From assembly GCA_963675665.1 (NCBI GenBank), contig OY776510.1, positions 4,416,001-4,480,000 on the forward strand: DNA of 64,000 nt, given 5' to 3'. Within the stretch, counting starts at the first letter, position 1; each line of letters starts with the position of its first letter. Origin of the DNA: Spirochaetia bacterium. Lineage in GTDB: Bacteria; Spirochaetota; Spirochaetia; UBA9216. Below, in pieces: positions 50,335-61,220 of this stretch. A model generated the notes under the pieces. It made no database searches. It was not told where the DNA came from and saw nothing but the letters and a program-made list of their open reading frames with translations. The position numbers and the translations under genes are program-made.

Positions 50335-51805
50335 GTAATTTGGCAAAAAGTACATCCAGAGATACCGAGAAGAAGGACGAAAGCGAATCCGACATTGCAT
50401 AGGGAATAATCAATTCATTATTATGAATTATTGCCCCGCAGGAATATACTACATTCGGAACATATCCCTCACGCTCTTCATCATTGGGGATCAGCAACGG
50501 TTCATCAAGATGACATATAACTTTGGCGGGATTATTCAAATCAAGCAAGGTGATCCCCAGGCAGTATTTACGCATCGGGCCTACCCCATGGGTAACCAAC
50601 AGCCATCCATTTTGCGTTTCAACCGGCGATCCGCAGTTTCCAATCTGCACAAATTCCCAGGGATTCTCCGGTTCTTCAATTACTTCAGCCTGCTGCCATT
50701 CCTGAATATCATCCGAATACATTATATAGTTTCTGAACCCGTCGACACGGGAGATCATTGCATATTGCCCGTTTATCTTTCTGGGAAAGAGAGCCATTCC
50801 CTTGTTCTGAGCACAGGATCCTAATACAGGATAGACTTTGAAGTGATAAAAATCTTCGGTTTCCAACAGCTTCGGCAGGATTGCGAACCCATTATATGCA
50901 GTGAAAGTAGCGTAATACATCACTTTTCCATTATCTTCGGTGAATCTGACGAACCTGGCGTCCTCAATCCCGTTTTTTTCAAAGGCTGAAACGGGAAAAA
51001 TTACCCTTTCGGCAATTGAGGTATACAAAGAAAAATTTATTTCATAATTCGCCTCAGCCAACCAGACAATTGACTGAATTACTTTTTTTTGAGAGTACGA
51101 TAATTCAACTTGCTTTGCACAATTATGAATAGCTTTTTGCAGCTCCTCATAAGTAAACTGATCTGCAAGCCTGTCCATTATCAGCTCAACAATGTCTTTA
51201 TGAATATTCATTTCATCAAGTTTCATCAGAAAGTTTACCTTGTCATATTGCGGAGTTTTAATAATTTCCGGTTGTTCAACAAAAAGATTCACCGGGTTAA
51301 ACGATAATTCATTATTTTTTTTTATAATTCCGCTTCTGAATACAATTGAAGATATATGGCCTTCTCCGGTAGCTCGAAAACTTACAATAATCCTCCTTTC
51401 TCCTTCCTCAAGATTTGATTGATCCGGATCTTCTACAATTGACGGGTTGAAAAATGCAGCAGATTCGATTGAATATTCATGAGAAAAATAGGCGCCGATT
51501 AATAATCGACGGTTTAAAGAAAGCGATTCAGGCTCAATCTTCAAATCCCGAAGGATGTGTATGATATTATTGAAATGTTTGTCGAAAACCTTGGTAATAT
51601 TTCTGTGTCGATGTGTAAAATCTCTTAGAACACCCGAGAAAGTAATTTTAACCTCTTCCTCATCGAGTGACATGACCTTTTTTATGATAAACTCAGCCCT
51701 GCCGTCACCTCCCGGCATATAAAAACGCGTGATGACCCGCTTGGAATCCGGATAGAATTTATTGCTTTTTCTGTTTACAGCTATGGCCATTATGCTTTTT
51801 TTCAA
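50327..51805 (-). CDS. Glycoside hydrolase family 130-like protein
   Basis: GIEDARF; NKGMALFPRKI; REGYVPNVVYSCG. Confidence 0.9.
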   Translation of the reverse strand: MKKSIMAIAVNRKSNKFYPDSKRVITRFYMPGGDGRAEFIIKKVMSLDEEEVKITFSGVLRDFTHRHRNITKVFDKHFNNIIHILRDLKIEPESLSLNRRLLIGAYFSHEYSIESAAFFNPSIVEDPDQSNLEEGERRIIVSFRATGEGHISSIVFRSGIIKKNNELSFNPVNLFVEQPEIIKTPQYDKVNFLMKLDEMNIHKDIVELIMDRLADQFTYEELQKAIHNCAKQVELSYSQKKVIQSIVWLAEANYEINFSLYTSIAERVIFPVSAFEKNGIEDARFVRFTEDNGKVMYYATFTAYNGFAILPKLLETEDFYHFKVYPVLGSCAQNKGMALFPRKINGQYAMISRVDGFRNYIMYSDDIQEWQQAEVIEEPENPWEFVQIGNCGSPVETQNGWLLVTHGVGPMRKYCLGITLLDLNNPAKVICHLDEPLLIPNDEEREGYVPNVVYSCGAIIHNNELIIPYAMSDSLSSFFSVSLDVLFAKLLK

Positions 51806-52127
51806 CCTCGTTATAACTGTAAGCGTAAGATATAAAATTCATTTATGCAATCAAATAAAAAATGTTTATAAAATACCTGTTTTAATTAATACCTACAACC
51901 TTCGAGGAAACAGCGGTCTTGATCTTATTCTCCGGTTGATATACAATCAGCTAGAACCATATATAGGTATCTTTATTATTATAGTTGAAATGTTTTTCTT
52001 TTTTAAAGAAGCATATAGATCATTTCTATCCTGCCTTTTTATTATTTCTTACTAATCAGCAAAAATAACCAAGAATCATCTGTTTGACTGGTAATACAAC
52101 GTTTTCCCGGACAGGTTCTGGGCAGGA

Positions 52128-52385
52128 GTGATTATGTCGAAAAAGCTTTATGTAGGAAACCTCAATTTTACAGTTAATGAGTCAGAACTGAAAGAACTTT
52201 TCTCGGAGTACGGGGAAGTGAATACTGTAAATATCATAACTGATAAAATATCAAACCGATCCAAGGGATTTGCTTTTGTAGAAATGCTGAAGGATTCATC
52301 TGCAAATGAAGCAATTTCAGCCTTAAACGGAAGGGAATTTTCAGGTCGTGAAATAAAAGTCAATGTAGCTAAAGATAGAAATTAA
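52128..52385 (+). CDS. RRM RNA-binding protein
   Basis: RNP2 LYVGNL; RNP1 KGFAFVEM. Confidence 0.93.
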   Translation: MIMSKKLYVGNLNFTVNESELKELFSEYGEVNTVNIITDKISNRSKGFAFVEMLKDSSANEAISALNGREFSGREIKVNVAKDRN

Positions 52386-52503
52386 TTATAGCGACAGAGA
52401 ATCTGTATACATTTTGAGCTCACAATGATTGTCTATTCAGCGTGAGCTGCTCAAAAAACGATTAAATCCTGTAGAATAAATCTGCAGGTATCCGGAGAAT
52501 CTT

Positions 52504-52761
52504 ATGAACGGTATTGGAAAAAAATTATTAAATTTCTTGGAAAACAGGAAATTATGGGTCTGGCTCCTGGTCTATCTGGGGTTGACGGGCATTATATTCG
52601 GCTTGTCCAGTTTGATTTTATACTTATTGGGAATAGTTCCGTGGATCGGCGTCCTGGCGTTAATTGCCACAGGACTTATCTGGGGTTTTATTCAATTTTC
52701 CATCCATAGAAACACAGATAAACCAGAAGTAGAAACTTCAGATAAAAAAGAATCTGAATAA
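52504..52761 (+). CDS. Small two-TM membrane protein
   Basis: GGAG RBS; two hydrophobic helices. Confidence 0.65.
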   Translation: MNGIGKKLLNFLENRKLWVWLLVYLGLTGIIFGLSSLILYLLGIVPWIGVLALIATGLIWGFIQFSIHRNTDKPEVETSDKKESE

Positions 52762-52882
52762 AGTAATTTCATATCTCTCTAACTTCCTGAACCAAGTTTT
52801 CAGGGAGTTCCAAATTTGCATCGGAGGGTTTCATTTACACGGTGTGAACTGATTAACATTATATATAAGCAAAGGGCATAAT

Positions 52883-53248
52883 ATGGAATTGAATGAGAAA
52901 CAAATAAAAAAAGAGATTCTGTATAACGAAGAAAAACTATTGAGAAATGAAATTAGAAATGACGCAAAAATGATAACGGAATTAACTGAAAATAATTGTA
53001 TTGAGATCAGTGAGACCGGAGTCCAGAGTATTTATCAGTTCGGACAGACACTTAAAGAAATCGACGGAGTTTTATATATCACAAGTGACGAACCTCAATT
53101 AATCAACCTATCTGAAGATTGTAAATTATTAATTTATATTGCTGTAAAAGTCAAAAAGAACACGAGGTCAATGATAAATTGCAGTTCAATATGGAAAATG
53201 AAGAATGAAAAGTGGAAGGCAGTATTTCAGCAAAGGACCACTCGCTGA
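52883..53248 (+). CDS. DUF4440/NTF2-like protein
   Basis: EEKLL..EIR.D...EI.ETG...SSIW.....WK.VFQQ. Confidence 0.7.
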   Translation: MELNEKQIKKEILYNEEKLLRNEIRNDAKMITELTENNCIEISETGVQSIYQFGQTLKEIDGVLYITSDEPQLINLSEDCKLLIYIAVKVKKNTRSMINCSSIWKMKNEKWKAVFQQRTTR

Positions 53249-53271
53249 TAAATTTTCCCGATGGAGTTCAA

Positions 53272-53652
53272 ATGTCCCTTATATATATTATCCTTTCCGT
53301 AATAAGCTGGATGGAACTCATTATCAGTTTTATTATCTTCATGCCCGTTCAGGCACTTCTATTTGTCGTCACATTACCGTTCGATAAACACAAGAAAATA
53401 ATGCACTATAATTCTTCTATTTTGTGTCTGGCAGTTCTTACGATGTGTCCACTTATCTCCCTTCAATATGAAGGGCGTAAAAACATAGACCGTTCAAAAC
53501 CAAATGTAATAGTAATGAACCATCAGTCGATACTTGATTTATATGACATAATTCCCGTTATATGGTCTAATAAACATTCTCATTATGGAAATATTTCCAC
53601 ATTCAAATCTTACAGGTTTTTCCTCATGAAAAGTTATATAGAACTTAACTGA
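53272..53652 (+). pseudogene. Lysophospholipid acyltransferase (PlsC-like) N-terminal fragment
   Basis: NHQSILD motif, then loss of similarity. Confidence 0.6.
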
Positions 53653-54552
53653 CCTTAAAAATGGCGGGTCCGCTATTATTTTCATGATTTCTGGAGAAAT
53701 CAGATCCAAAGTTTTTTCTAACTTGCTTTTCACACAGATTTGTATTTTCTCTTTTATTACAGGCGGAGACTTTTCTTACTTTTCTTATGCTCTCTACTCG
53801 CTGCTTTTTTCAATACCATATTCCGCGGAAGAAAGAATGTCATCTTTACAATGCTGCCTCTGATTAAGAGCAGTTAGATTGTTTTTAATCCACTTTATCT
53901 TGATAATTGGGTTTATCTAATGCTGTATAATTGTCAGATGTAAGAAGGAATTTTGATAAAGCTTCTTTATCGTACCGATAAAATTTACGTTTAAATTTTT
54001 TTGAGAAAAGGACAAACAATATACCATCCTCAAAAAAATATAATATTCCCTCATTTTATTAAGATAGATTCCTGAACGCATAACATTCCAATATAATATA
54101 TGTGCAGGATGATTAGCAGTTTTATAATAAAAATTAAAAAACAATTGTTAAAATCATCTATTATTTCTTCTTCAAGTCCATAAATTTCAATACGATTTTC
54201 AGCAAATATTTTATCCACACTAACATTACTCATATGTTTCTCCTATTTTAACATAATCAATGGTGTATAAACATAATTTTATAAATATTTCATTTATACC
54301 ACCCCAACCCTGTTGAACCCGACACCATTACGGAGCAGCAGCCTGCTATTAAGTATGATAATTCCAGGTTCTCACACCTCGGCACCGCATCGACTAATGG
54401 CACCTTGCGATATCTAATAAAAGACAACCAGCTTGATTTTATATTCCCGCTTTCCGAGGGCAAGACTGATCACAACCTGATGATCTCTGAAATAAACCTT
54501 AAGGAACAGTATATGATACTAAGCGATGAAGAGCAGCTTTACCGCGTAAGAC

Positions 54553-54864
54553 TCAAGTAAATCCATGCAACATATTCTTTTGCTCCAGGTACAGCTTAAT
54601 CTTCCGCACACCAGCCATTGAAACTACTTTATAAGACCATCGATTACCGACAAACCGCCCCCGCCTTATAACCCCAAGCAGTACATGATCAATATAAAAC
54701 ACACTACCGTAAGCGGTAACCGAGATAGTACGCTCAAAATCTGATTCATCCATTTCAACCCTGCCGACCGGCACAGGCCTGAGCCTTTGCCGCTTTCGAT
54801 ACGCCCTAAGCTTTCGCTCAGCATCCAGATAGGATTCATACAAACCGGTAAAACCAACTTTCAT
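54553..54864 (-). CDS. Small hypothetical protein
   Basis: ATG with GGGGG RBS-like run, downstream of the hairpin at 54921-55056. Confidence 0.55.
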   Translation of the reverse strand: MKVGFTGLYESYLDAERKLRAYRKRQRLRPVPVGRVEMDESDFERTISVTAYGSVFYIDHVLLGVIRRGRFVGNRWSYKVVSMAGVRKIKLYLEQKNMLHGFT

Positions 54865-54920
54865 AAAACACCCCCGATAAAAAAAGGAATTTGCCCCTAA
54901 AAAAGAGAATACTTTTTATC

Positions 54921-55056
54921 TACCGGCGGCATAACCGATACACCATAGCCTGAAGCAGGTTCAGTCAAGGCTGAAAAGCCGCAGGCTTTTTACCCGAAGG
55001 GCCTGGCCTTGACGGGTTCTGTTGCAGGATACAACAATTAAAACACCCGCTGATTA
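54921..55056. promoter_or_regulatory. Second long hairpin with promoter elements (Frpo-like candidate)
   Basis: GTCAAGGC pairs with GCCTTGAC; TTGACG at 55009-55014, TACAAC at 55030-55035. Confidence 0.5.
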
Positions 55057-55423
55057 ATGAAATACATAATTGAACTGTGTCGGGAAAAATTGATGAAGCT
55101 ATATGACAAAATATTGAATAGAAGCCTGCCCCTCCAGTTAAAGGAGGGGGCTGTTATTATAAAAACAGATATTTTCTTCGTATTAAATTACCAATCTTTA
55201 TGGTTCATACTACTGAAAAACATGAAGCATTATTGGACTGAAACACATTGTACAAGAAAAGGTCTCTCTCTTTCCCCTCCACACTCCCCATTTTTAGTCA
55301 GATTATGATACAGCGGCCAAGATTTTTTACTTCATAAAAAATTGCTTTGTACTACTCCTGACTACCTTTATATACAATTGAACGTATGATAATGAAGTAT
55401 ATGAGTAAGCGGTAATTCTTACC

Positions 55424-56977
55424 CTATGCCTTAATCAGCCCAGGAGTCAGGTTGAACGGAAGCAGTGCTTCATAATCAGCCGGTGTTTTGCAATTTGGAA
55501 GCTGTCTGAAAACGTAGTAGAAATAATCATAGACCGAGAGGTTCTGCATTTTAGCTGATTCAACAAGGCTGTACAAAATTGCTGAAGATTCGGCGCCGTG
55601 TTCTGTATCGGAAAACAACCAATTCTTCCTGCCGATCACAAAAGGCCGGATTGCGTTTTCGGCAATGTTGTTAGACGACGTAAGCAGCGGGTCTTCCAAA
55701 TACAAGTTTAACTGCTTCCAATTATCCAGCGTATAGGCAATAGCTTTCCCGAAGGCAAGTGTAGGCGGCGTTGCCGCTGCATATTGTGTCAGTAATTCAA
55801 ATAAGGATTTCAGAATCGGAGAAGCCCTGTTCGTCCGTTGTTTTTGAAACCCTTTCTTAGAAAAATCAGCTCTTAAATCTTCAAGCTCAAAAAGTTTCTT
55901 AATCAATTCGAGTATCTGTTTTGCATCCGGAGATTTAGACAGCTCCCAATACTTGTAGAAATATCTACGGGCATGAGCCCAGCACAAAACATGACGAATA
56001 GATTTATTTCCTTCATCGCTTAGTTTTTTCAATGCAGTGTGATAAGCCTCATAATCATCAGTCTGCAGCCAGCCGGAATATTCTTGCAGGAAATCATACG
56101 GAACTTTATGAGAGCGGCTTGTTTCATACTGAAACACAACAGATTTTTTATCAGTCTCTCCACCAAGAAATACCCACATCCAGGATTTATCCTGTGCTTT
56201 ACGACCTTTTTCTTTCAAAACCTGCACCCGGGTTTCATCAGCATTGATTACTGGACCGTTTTTAATATTATCTTTAAGCAGCTCATATAGCGGCTTGCAT
56301 CTTTCAGCGCATTTAATTGCCAATGTGCTCAGTGTTGCACGTGGAATATCCGCACCTATCGCATTCAACCTCTTACTCTGTCGATAAAACGGCAGCGCAT
56401 ATTCAAACTTCTCATTTATAATCCATGCAAGCAGGCTTTCATCGGCAATACTTCCGGAAATGAGGTGTTTAATCCCTTCTGCTGTCTGTACTCCGGATGA
56501 ATCATCAGTTGTTCCTTCACAATTTCGGCAGACATATTTTTTCTTTATCTCACGTCTGACGACTACTTTCGCAGGAACGATGCAGAGTCGTTCAGATACA
56601 TCTTCACCTATACAAACCTTCTCGGTACCACAGGCACAGGTTTTATCTTCTTCATCGATATCGTATTCAACAATCTCGCGAGGCAGGTCTTCAGAAAGCG
56701 CTTTTCTTCCCGAGTTCTTTCGAACTGTTTTTGTGTGGGCTTTTACTTCAAGGGTTTCTGATTCTATTTCATCCTGCTGCTCAAATGCGGAATCTTCTGC
56801 TTCGTTGAAAAGGGACGCCTGCTTCTTATCTTCACTGGTAAATTTCTCAGATTTTGTTCCGAAGTGAAGAGTCTGCAGGAGGTGTACCAGTTCTTTCAAT
56901 TCGGTAATCTGATTATCCTGATTTTGGACTGTTTGTTTGAGTTGAGCAATTTCGTTAAGCAAGGCTTCAGTACTCAC
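55424..56977 (-). CDS. tnpC: IS66 transposase TnpC
   Basis: FGTKSE; Zn finger; NADET; CWAHARR; NN.AE.AIRPFVIGRKNWLF. Confidence 0.94.
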   Translation of the reverse strand: MSTEALLNEIAQLKQTVQNQDNQITELKELVHLLQTLHFGTKSEKFTSEDKKQASLFNEAEDSAFEQQDEIESETLEVKAHTKTVRKNSGRKALSEDLPREIVEYDIDEEDKTCACGTEKVCIGEDVSERLCIVPAKVVVRREIKKKYVCRNCEGTTDDSSGVQTAEGIKHLISGSIADESLLAWIINEKFEYALPFYRQSKRLNAIGADIPRATLSTLAIKCAERCKPLYELLKDNIKNGPVINADETRVQVLKEKGRKAQDKSWMWVFLGGETDKKSVVFQYETSRSHKVPYDFLQEYSGWLQTDDYEAYHTALKKLSDEGNKSIRHVLCWAHARRYFYKYWELSKSPDAKQILELIKKLFELEDLRADFSKKGFQKQRTNRASPILKSLFELLTQYAAATPPTLAFGKAIAYTLDNWKQLNLYLEDPLLTSSNNIAENAIRPFVIGRKNWLFSDTEHGAESSAILYSLVESAKMQNLSVYDYFYYVFRQLPNCKTPADYEALLPFNLTPGLIKA

Positions 56978-57015
56978 ATAAGAATTTTACCACGGTTAAA
57001 TTCGAGTGTGAAGCC

Positions 57016-57360
57016 CTAAACGCGGGAATAATTTAATTGCTTATGCGCTTTAAAGAAATCTATTCCATCAAGCAGCATCTTCAACTCTTCGAACTTTATC
57101 TCCCTCGCGTCTTCTTCCGTTTCCGGCCAGGGGAACTTATTCTTTTCAAGTCTTTTCTGCCAAAGACAGAATCCGTTCCGATCCCAGTAAACGATTTTAA
57201 GCAGCTTTCTTTTGCCGTTGCAGAATAGAAACAGACTTTTTGAGAACGGGTCGTTCTGCATTATATTCTGAATCTGCAGGCTCAGACCGTTCACACCTTT
57301 TCGTAAATCAGTTTTCCCGGGTCTGACGAAGTAACGGTATTCTGAGTAATCGATAATCAT
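57016..57360 (-). CDS. tnpB: IS66 accessory protein TnpB
   Basis: TDLRKG..GL; LFLFCN; YWDRNGF.LWQKRLE. Confidence 0.93.
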   Translation of the reverse strand: MIIDYSEYRYFVRPGKTDLRKGVNGLSLQIQNIMQNDPFSKSLFLFCNGKRKLLKIVYWDRNGFCLWQKRLEKNKFPWPETEEDAREIKFEELKMLLDGIDFFKAHKQLNYSRV

Positions 57361-57656
57361 TCGAGCTCCCCGATTACTTTAAGAACTGATTTCAGCCCGG
57401 CTTCATCAAATCCGGCAGTTATTGATATTAAGAACTTTTTGGTTTTTATAACTATTGGGGCGGCTGAGAAGATTCCATTTGGTTTTATTTCAACAACTGA
57501 AGAACTTCCGGGTGCTTCCTGATTGCCAATAATTTTCCTGTTTTTATAAAACGTGTTTGGATGAATCCCGATCTCTTTACAGAACTCTAAAATCGTCTTA
57601 CCGCTTTGCTGTTGTTGCTCAATGACTTCTTCCCAATTATTTATTACCTTTCGCAT
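57357..57656 (-). CDS. tnpA: IS66 accessory protein TnpA
   Basis: W...I.....SGKT..EFC...GI...TFY. Confidence 0.85.
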   Translation of the reverse strand: MRKVINNWEEVIEQQQQSGKTILEFCKEIGIHPNTFYKNRKIIGNQEAPGSSSVVEIKPNGIFSAAPIVIKTKKFLISITAGFDEAGLKSVLKVIGELE

Positions 57657-58579
57657 TTATTTCCTCCTGGTTAATAATTCCGGAGGATAATACATTTTTA
57701 TATTTTAGCAAGAAGGTAAGAATTACCGCTTACGTATATGAACCTATTTCTTCCTATATATAAGAAATAATAGAAATAAAGATAAATAGTATATAGAGAG
57801 AGCTACAATTCATCATAAAAAACCGGTTTGTTTACACAAAAATACAAGACCATATAGGAAACAATCATTTATACCGGAAAAAACACGCCCCGAGCGGTTA
57901 AATCTAAAACCAAAAAAATATAGCTTATGTGCCCGGCGGAGGTTGAACCGAAGGTTTTACCGTAGCCGGACGATGATATGTTCTGCAATAACAGAGTATT
58001 ACAACAATTAAGACGAAGGGCCCGCGGTGTGAAACACTGCGGTGCGTAGGCCTTTTTACGGCTGGAAGCCGGACGCTCCCCCCCCAGCGGGGGGGGACGG
58101 GAGAGGGGGGAGAATACAATAACTTTCATTACAGCGCTGGTCCGGATGGAAGCCGTAAAAAGCCGGGCCGAAGATAGCAGCTGTTCAATAGCCTTGAATG
58201 GACACTAAAGCATAGCACTGATTGTGCTTCCCTAGATGACGGATAAAAGCCGTAACCACCCCGCTTTCTATTGGACGGCTGTTTGATGAGGGCCGTAGAG
58301 TTCCAGGTATCGTTTCCCTACCCCTGCCACGCATGGACGCGCGGCGACTACACGTGCCGGCAAAGGAGTTTATTAGCAGACCCGGCAAAGGGAGCGCGGC
58401 AGCGCGGTTGCCGGAAATAGTAGCTCACGGCCGCAGAGCAAAAACGGGAGCGCTGTCTTCGGCGCGGGTTTTTGCGGCCATGTTGGGAAAGAAGCCGACG
58501 GTCTGCAATAGCAGTCCGTGAGGCGGGTTATGAGCTGGCTACGGGGGAATTTATACGGGCGGAGCCGGTGATTTTAAAA

Positions 58580-59248
58580 TCACTCATCAACAAATCTCAA
58601 CCTATCTTTTATGAGATTTCCTAGACCATCAATTTTCACTAAAGATATTTTGTCGAAATCGGTTCTAAAAGCCAATATAGCTTTAGCATCTCCTTGAATA
58701 TTCAAATAAATCATAAAACACTCGTGATAGTATTTATGAATATCAGCTAAGCATTCTGATATTTTTTTAGTAAAAAATATTTTATTATATTTGTATTCTG
58801 AATCAAAAAGATTAAATTGCTGTTTTATTGATTCATAACCCAATACATTTACAACCCTTACATACGTTTCGTTTTTATCCGATGATTCTATAATCAATTT
58901 TTTATGATATTCTGGGATTGGATTACCATTTAAAAATTCTATCAAAGATTCATTACTATACTGATTCAAATCATCATACAATGTCTTCTTATCTGAATAG
59001 AAAAGTACCATACTTCTGAAAGTTACTACATATTCCCATAATGTTGGTAATATCTCAAACTCTTTTTGATTTAATTTTGATATCCTATCAAATTCTAAAT
59101 TCAATTTAAGTTTATATTTTTCAGTTAATCTATTGATATGATGCTCAAAGATCCTTTTTCCAAAGAATTTGATTAAAGCAAAAACGACAACTGCACCACC
59201 ACCTACAGCACCTAAAAATTGAATAACTGCAACTGCTATATTACTCAT
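58580..59248 (-). CDS. Hypothetical protein with N-terminal TM and helical body
   Basis: AAGGA RBS; hydrophobic Gly-rich N-terminus. Confidence 0.7.
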   Translation of the reverse strand: MSNIAVAVIQFLGAVGGGAVVVFALIKFFGKRIFEHHINRLTEKYKLKLNLEFDRISKLNQKEFEILPTLWEYVVTFRSMVLFYSDKKTLYDDLNQYSNESLIEFLNGNPIPEYHKKLIIESSDKNETYVRVVNVLGYESIKQQFNLFDSEYKYNKIFFTKKISECLADIHKYYHECFMIYLNIQGDAKAILAFRTDFDKISLVKIDGLGNLIKDRLRFVDE

Positions 59249-59292
59249 TAATAATGATCCTTATAATTTTTTAAAATTAATAAATACATAAT

Positions 59293-60033
59293 TTAATTTT
59301 TGAGTCTGTATGCTTTTATAGTAGCCTTACCTTTACCTGGATAAGTTTTCATCTCAAACTCTTTTAATTTTTCAATGATTCTTGTTAATTTGGGTTCACC
59401 GTAAGTACGTGGATCAAATTCTGGAAGCTGACGTTTTATATATGAACCTACTGCCGCGGTATTAGCCCATCCATCTTCATCCTGATATTTTTCCCAACCC
59501 TTAGTTAAAATAGGAATCAAGGATGTTTGTTCAGATTCTATATTATTCGTTTCTGTAATTACTGTTTTTTCAGTATTGCTTGAATCATCCGAAAAAAGAT
59601 TCTCTGTTAAAATGAAATCATCACAAGCATTCTTAAATGAAATCGGAGTTTTCTTTTCTCCAACACCAAAAACGTACATTTCTGATTCCCTTAATCTTGA
59701 TGCTAATTTTGTAAAATCACTATCACTGGAAACTATTACAAAAGCATCATATTTTTCAGAATACAGTAAATCCATTGCATCAATAATCATTGAAGCATCT
59801 GTTGAGTTTTTACCTTGTGTATATGCAAATTGTTGAACAGGCTGTATAGCTAATTCATTAAGAATAGTCTTCCAGTTTTTTAGATAATCGCTTGACCAAT
59901 CGCCATAAGCCCTTTTACAAACAATGTGACCATGAGCGGATACTTCACTTAATATAGCTGAAAGCTTTGTATACTGTGCATTATCAGCATCTATTAGTAC
60001 TACAATTTTTTTTGAATCTTCTAAATCCTTCAT
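59293..60033 (-). CDS. NYN-domain (LabA/DUF88) RNase with OST-HTH
   Basis: LIDADN; RAYGDW; GKNSTD; SSDSDF; FDPRTYG. Confidence 0.92.
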   Translation of the reverse strand: MKDLEDSKKIVVLIDADNAQYTKLSAILSEVSAHGHIVCKRAYGDWSSDYLKNWKTILNELAIQPVQQFAYTQGKNSTDASMIIDAMDLLYSEKYDAFVIVSSDSDFTKLASRLRESEMYVFGVGEKKTPISFKNACDDFILTENLFSDDSSNTEKTVITETNNIESEQTSLIPILTKGWEKYQDEDGWANTAAVGSYIKRQLPEFDPRTYGEPKLTRIIEKLKEFEMKTYPGKGKATIKAYRLKN

Positions 60034-60044
60034 TTTATCAACCC

Positions 60045-61220
60045 TTAAAAGTCTTTCATCCTAGGACGCATTACATTAACAAATATATTTAACCAATCTT
60101 TAAAAAATGATTTTATTTGCTCTCTATTTTTGGGATTAAAGACATCCTCACAAGACAATCTGACACCAGCGGCATCCCCTTCATCCCAAGACCAAATGAC
60201 ATCTTCACCAAGCTCTTTGCGTATCATATCTTTATCTTCACTGAGAGCCCTATAAATTCTATTACCCTCGGTATCGTTCTGACAACGGAAATAAACACCT
60301 ACACGTTTTTGGCTTTTCATAAAATATGCACTGATCCATGCTCTACGAGTTTTCCCTGGATAAACATATAGATTTTGACCATTTGCAGGATTTGGTAAAG
60401 GTTGACCAGGATCATCAAATGATAATTCCGCAATAAGCTCTGACCAAAATTTAGAATAAAATGAGCGTTCAGATTCCCACTCATCCGAATAGTTACTTTT
60501 CTCTTCAGAAGAAGATGCACTGGATAATACTAAGCCATGAGGTATATCAACAGTTATCTTTTGAAGTTCAACGGTTTTTGTAATGATTCTTGGCATCAAG
60601 ATCATTCCGAGAGTTTCATTCTTATAAACAGCTAACTCTACCATTCCAAAAGTAAAATTAAGATGACCAGCTGAAATTAGAAACTCTGCAATACCTGAAG
60701 CACCTTCTCGAATGCCATCACCAACAATAAGAAGTAAGAAATTACCCTTTTTAAGATTCATGCTTACAGTATCAACAAAATCAGATTCATTTAATAAGAA
60801 TTCAGAATTAGACTCCTTCGCTATTTCATAAAGAGTATTCCCTTGTCTTTTCAATCGACGGTTTAATTCTCTTTGTAGATCCTCATAAGCCCATTTTGAG
60901 AGTTCTTTTGCATAATCAAGAATTTGTGCAACAACTACTCTTCTTGCTTCAGGGTTTCTCCATAATTTTGTTTCAATAATTACAATTTCACCAGATGGCG
61001 TAATCATAAAAATATCGAGGGGGCCTACTGGTGTGTTTAATTCAGTGCATACGGGGATTACAGGATTATAAGATTCATCAATTTCACTGATAGGTAAACT
61101 TGCAGGATATTTAAAAACCAGATTCTGGATTGTTAATTCATCAACATCTTCTAATTTCTGCAGTAATGTAACTTGATCATTTTTGATCCAGATTGGCTCA
61201 CCATAAGCTGAATTCTTCAT
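60045..61220 (-). CDS. PD-(D/E)XK (NucS-like) nuclease + DUF4268-like domain
   Basis: E..IQ; LDI.....G...IIETK; VVAQILDYA; C-terminal FW.EL...ELG....W. Confidence 0.78.
   Translation of the reverse strand: MKNSAYGEPIWIKNDQVTLLQKLEDVDELTIQNLVFKYPASLPISEIDESYNPVIPVCTELNTPVGPLDIFMITPSGEIVIIETKLWRNPEARRVVVAQILDYAKELSKWAYEDLQRELNRRLKRQGNTLYEIAKESNSEFLLNESDFVDTVSMNLKKGNFLLLIVGDGIREGASGIAEFLISAGHLNFTFGMVELAVYKNETLGMILMPRIITKTVELQKITVDIPHGLVLSSASSSEEKSNYSDEWESERSFYSKFWSELIAELSFDDPGQPLPNPANGQNLYVYPGKTRRAWISAYFMKSQKRVGVYFRCQNDTEGNRIYRALSEDKDMIRKELGEDVIWSWDEGDAAGVRLSCEDVFNPKNREQIKSFFKDWLNIFVNVMRPRMKDF

Larger units (their letters stand above)
55405..57733 (-). mobile_element. IS66-family element
   Basis: Perfect IR GTAAGCGGTAATTCTTACC; 8-bp TSD GTATATGA at 55397-55404 and 57734-57741. 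Confidence 0.96.

Noticed and set aside
57016-57360. TnpB as an RNA-guided IS200/IS605 nuclease
   Set aside because: This is the unrelated 114-aa IS66 accessory protein, with no RuvC motifs.
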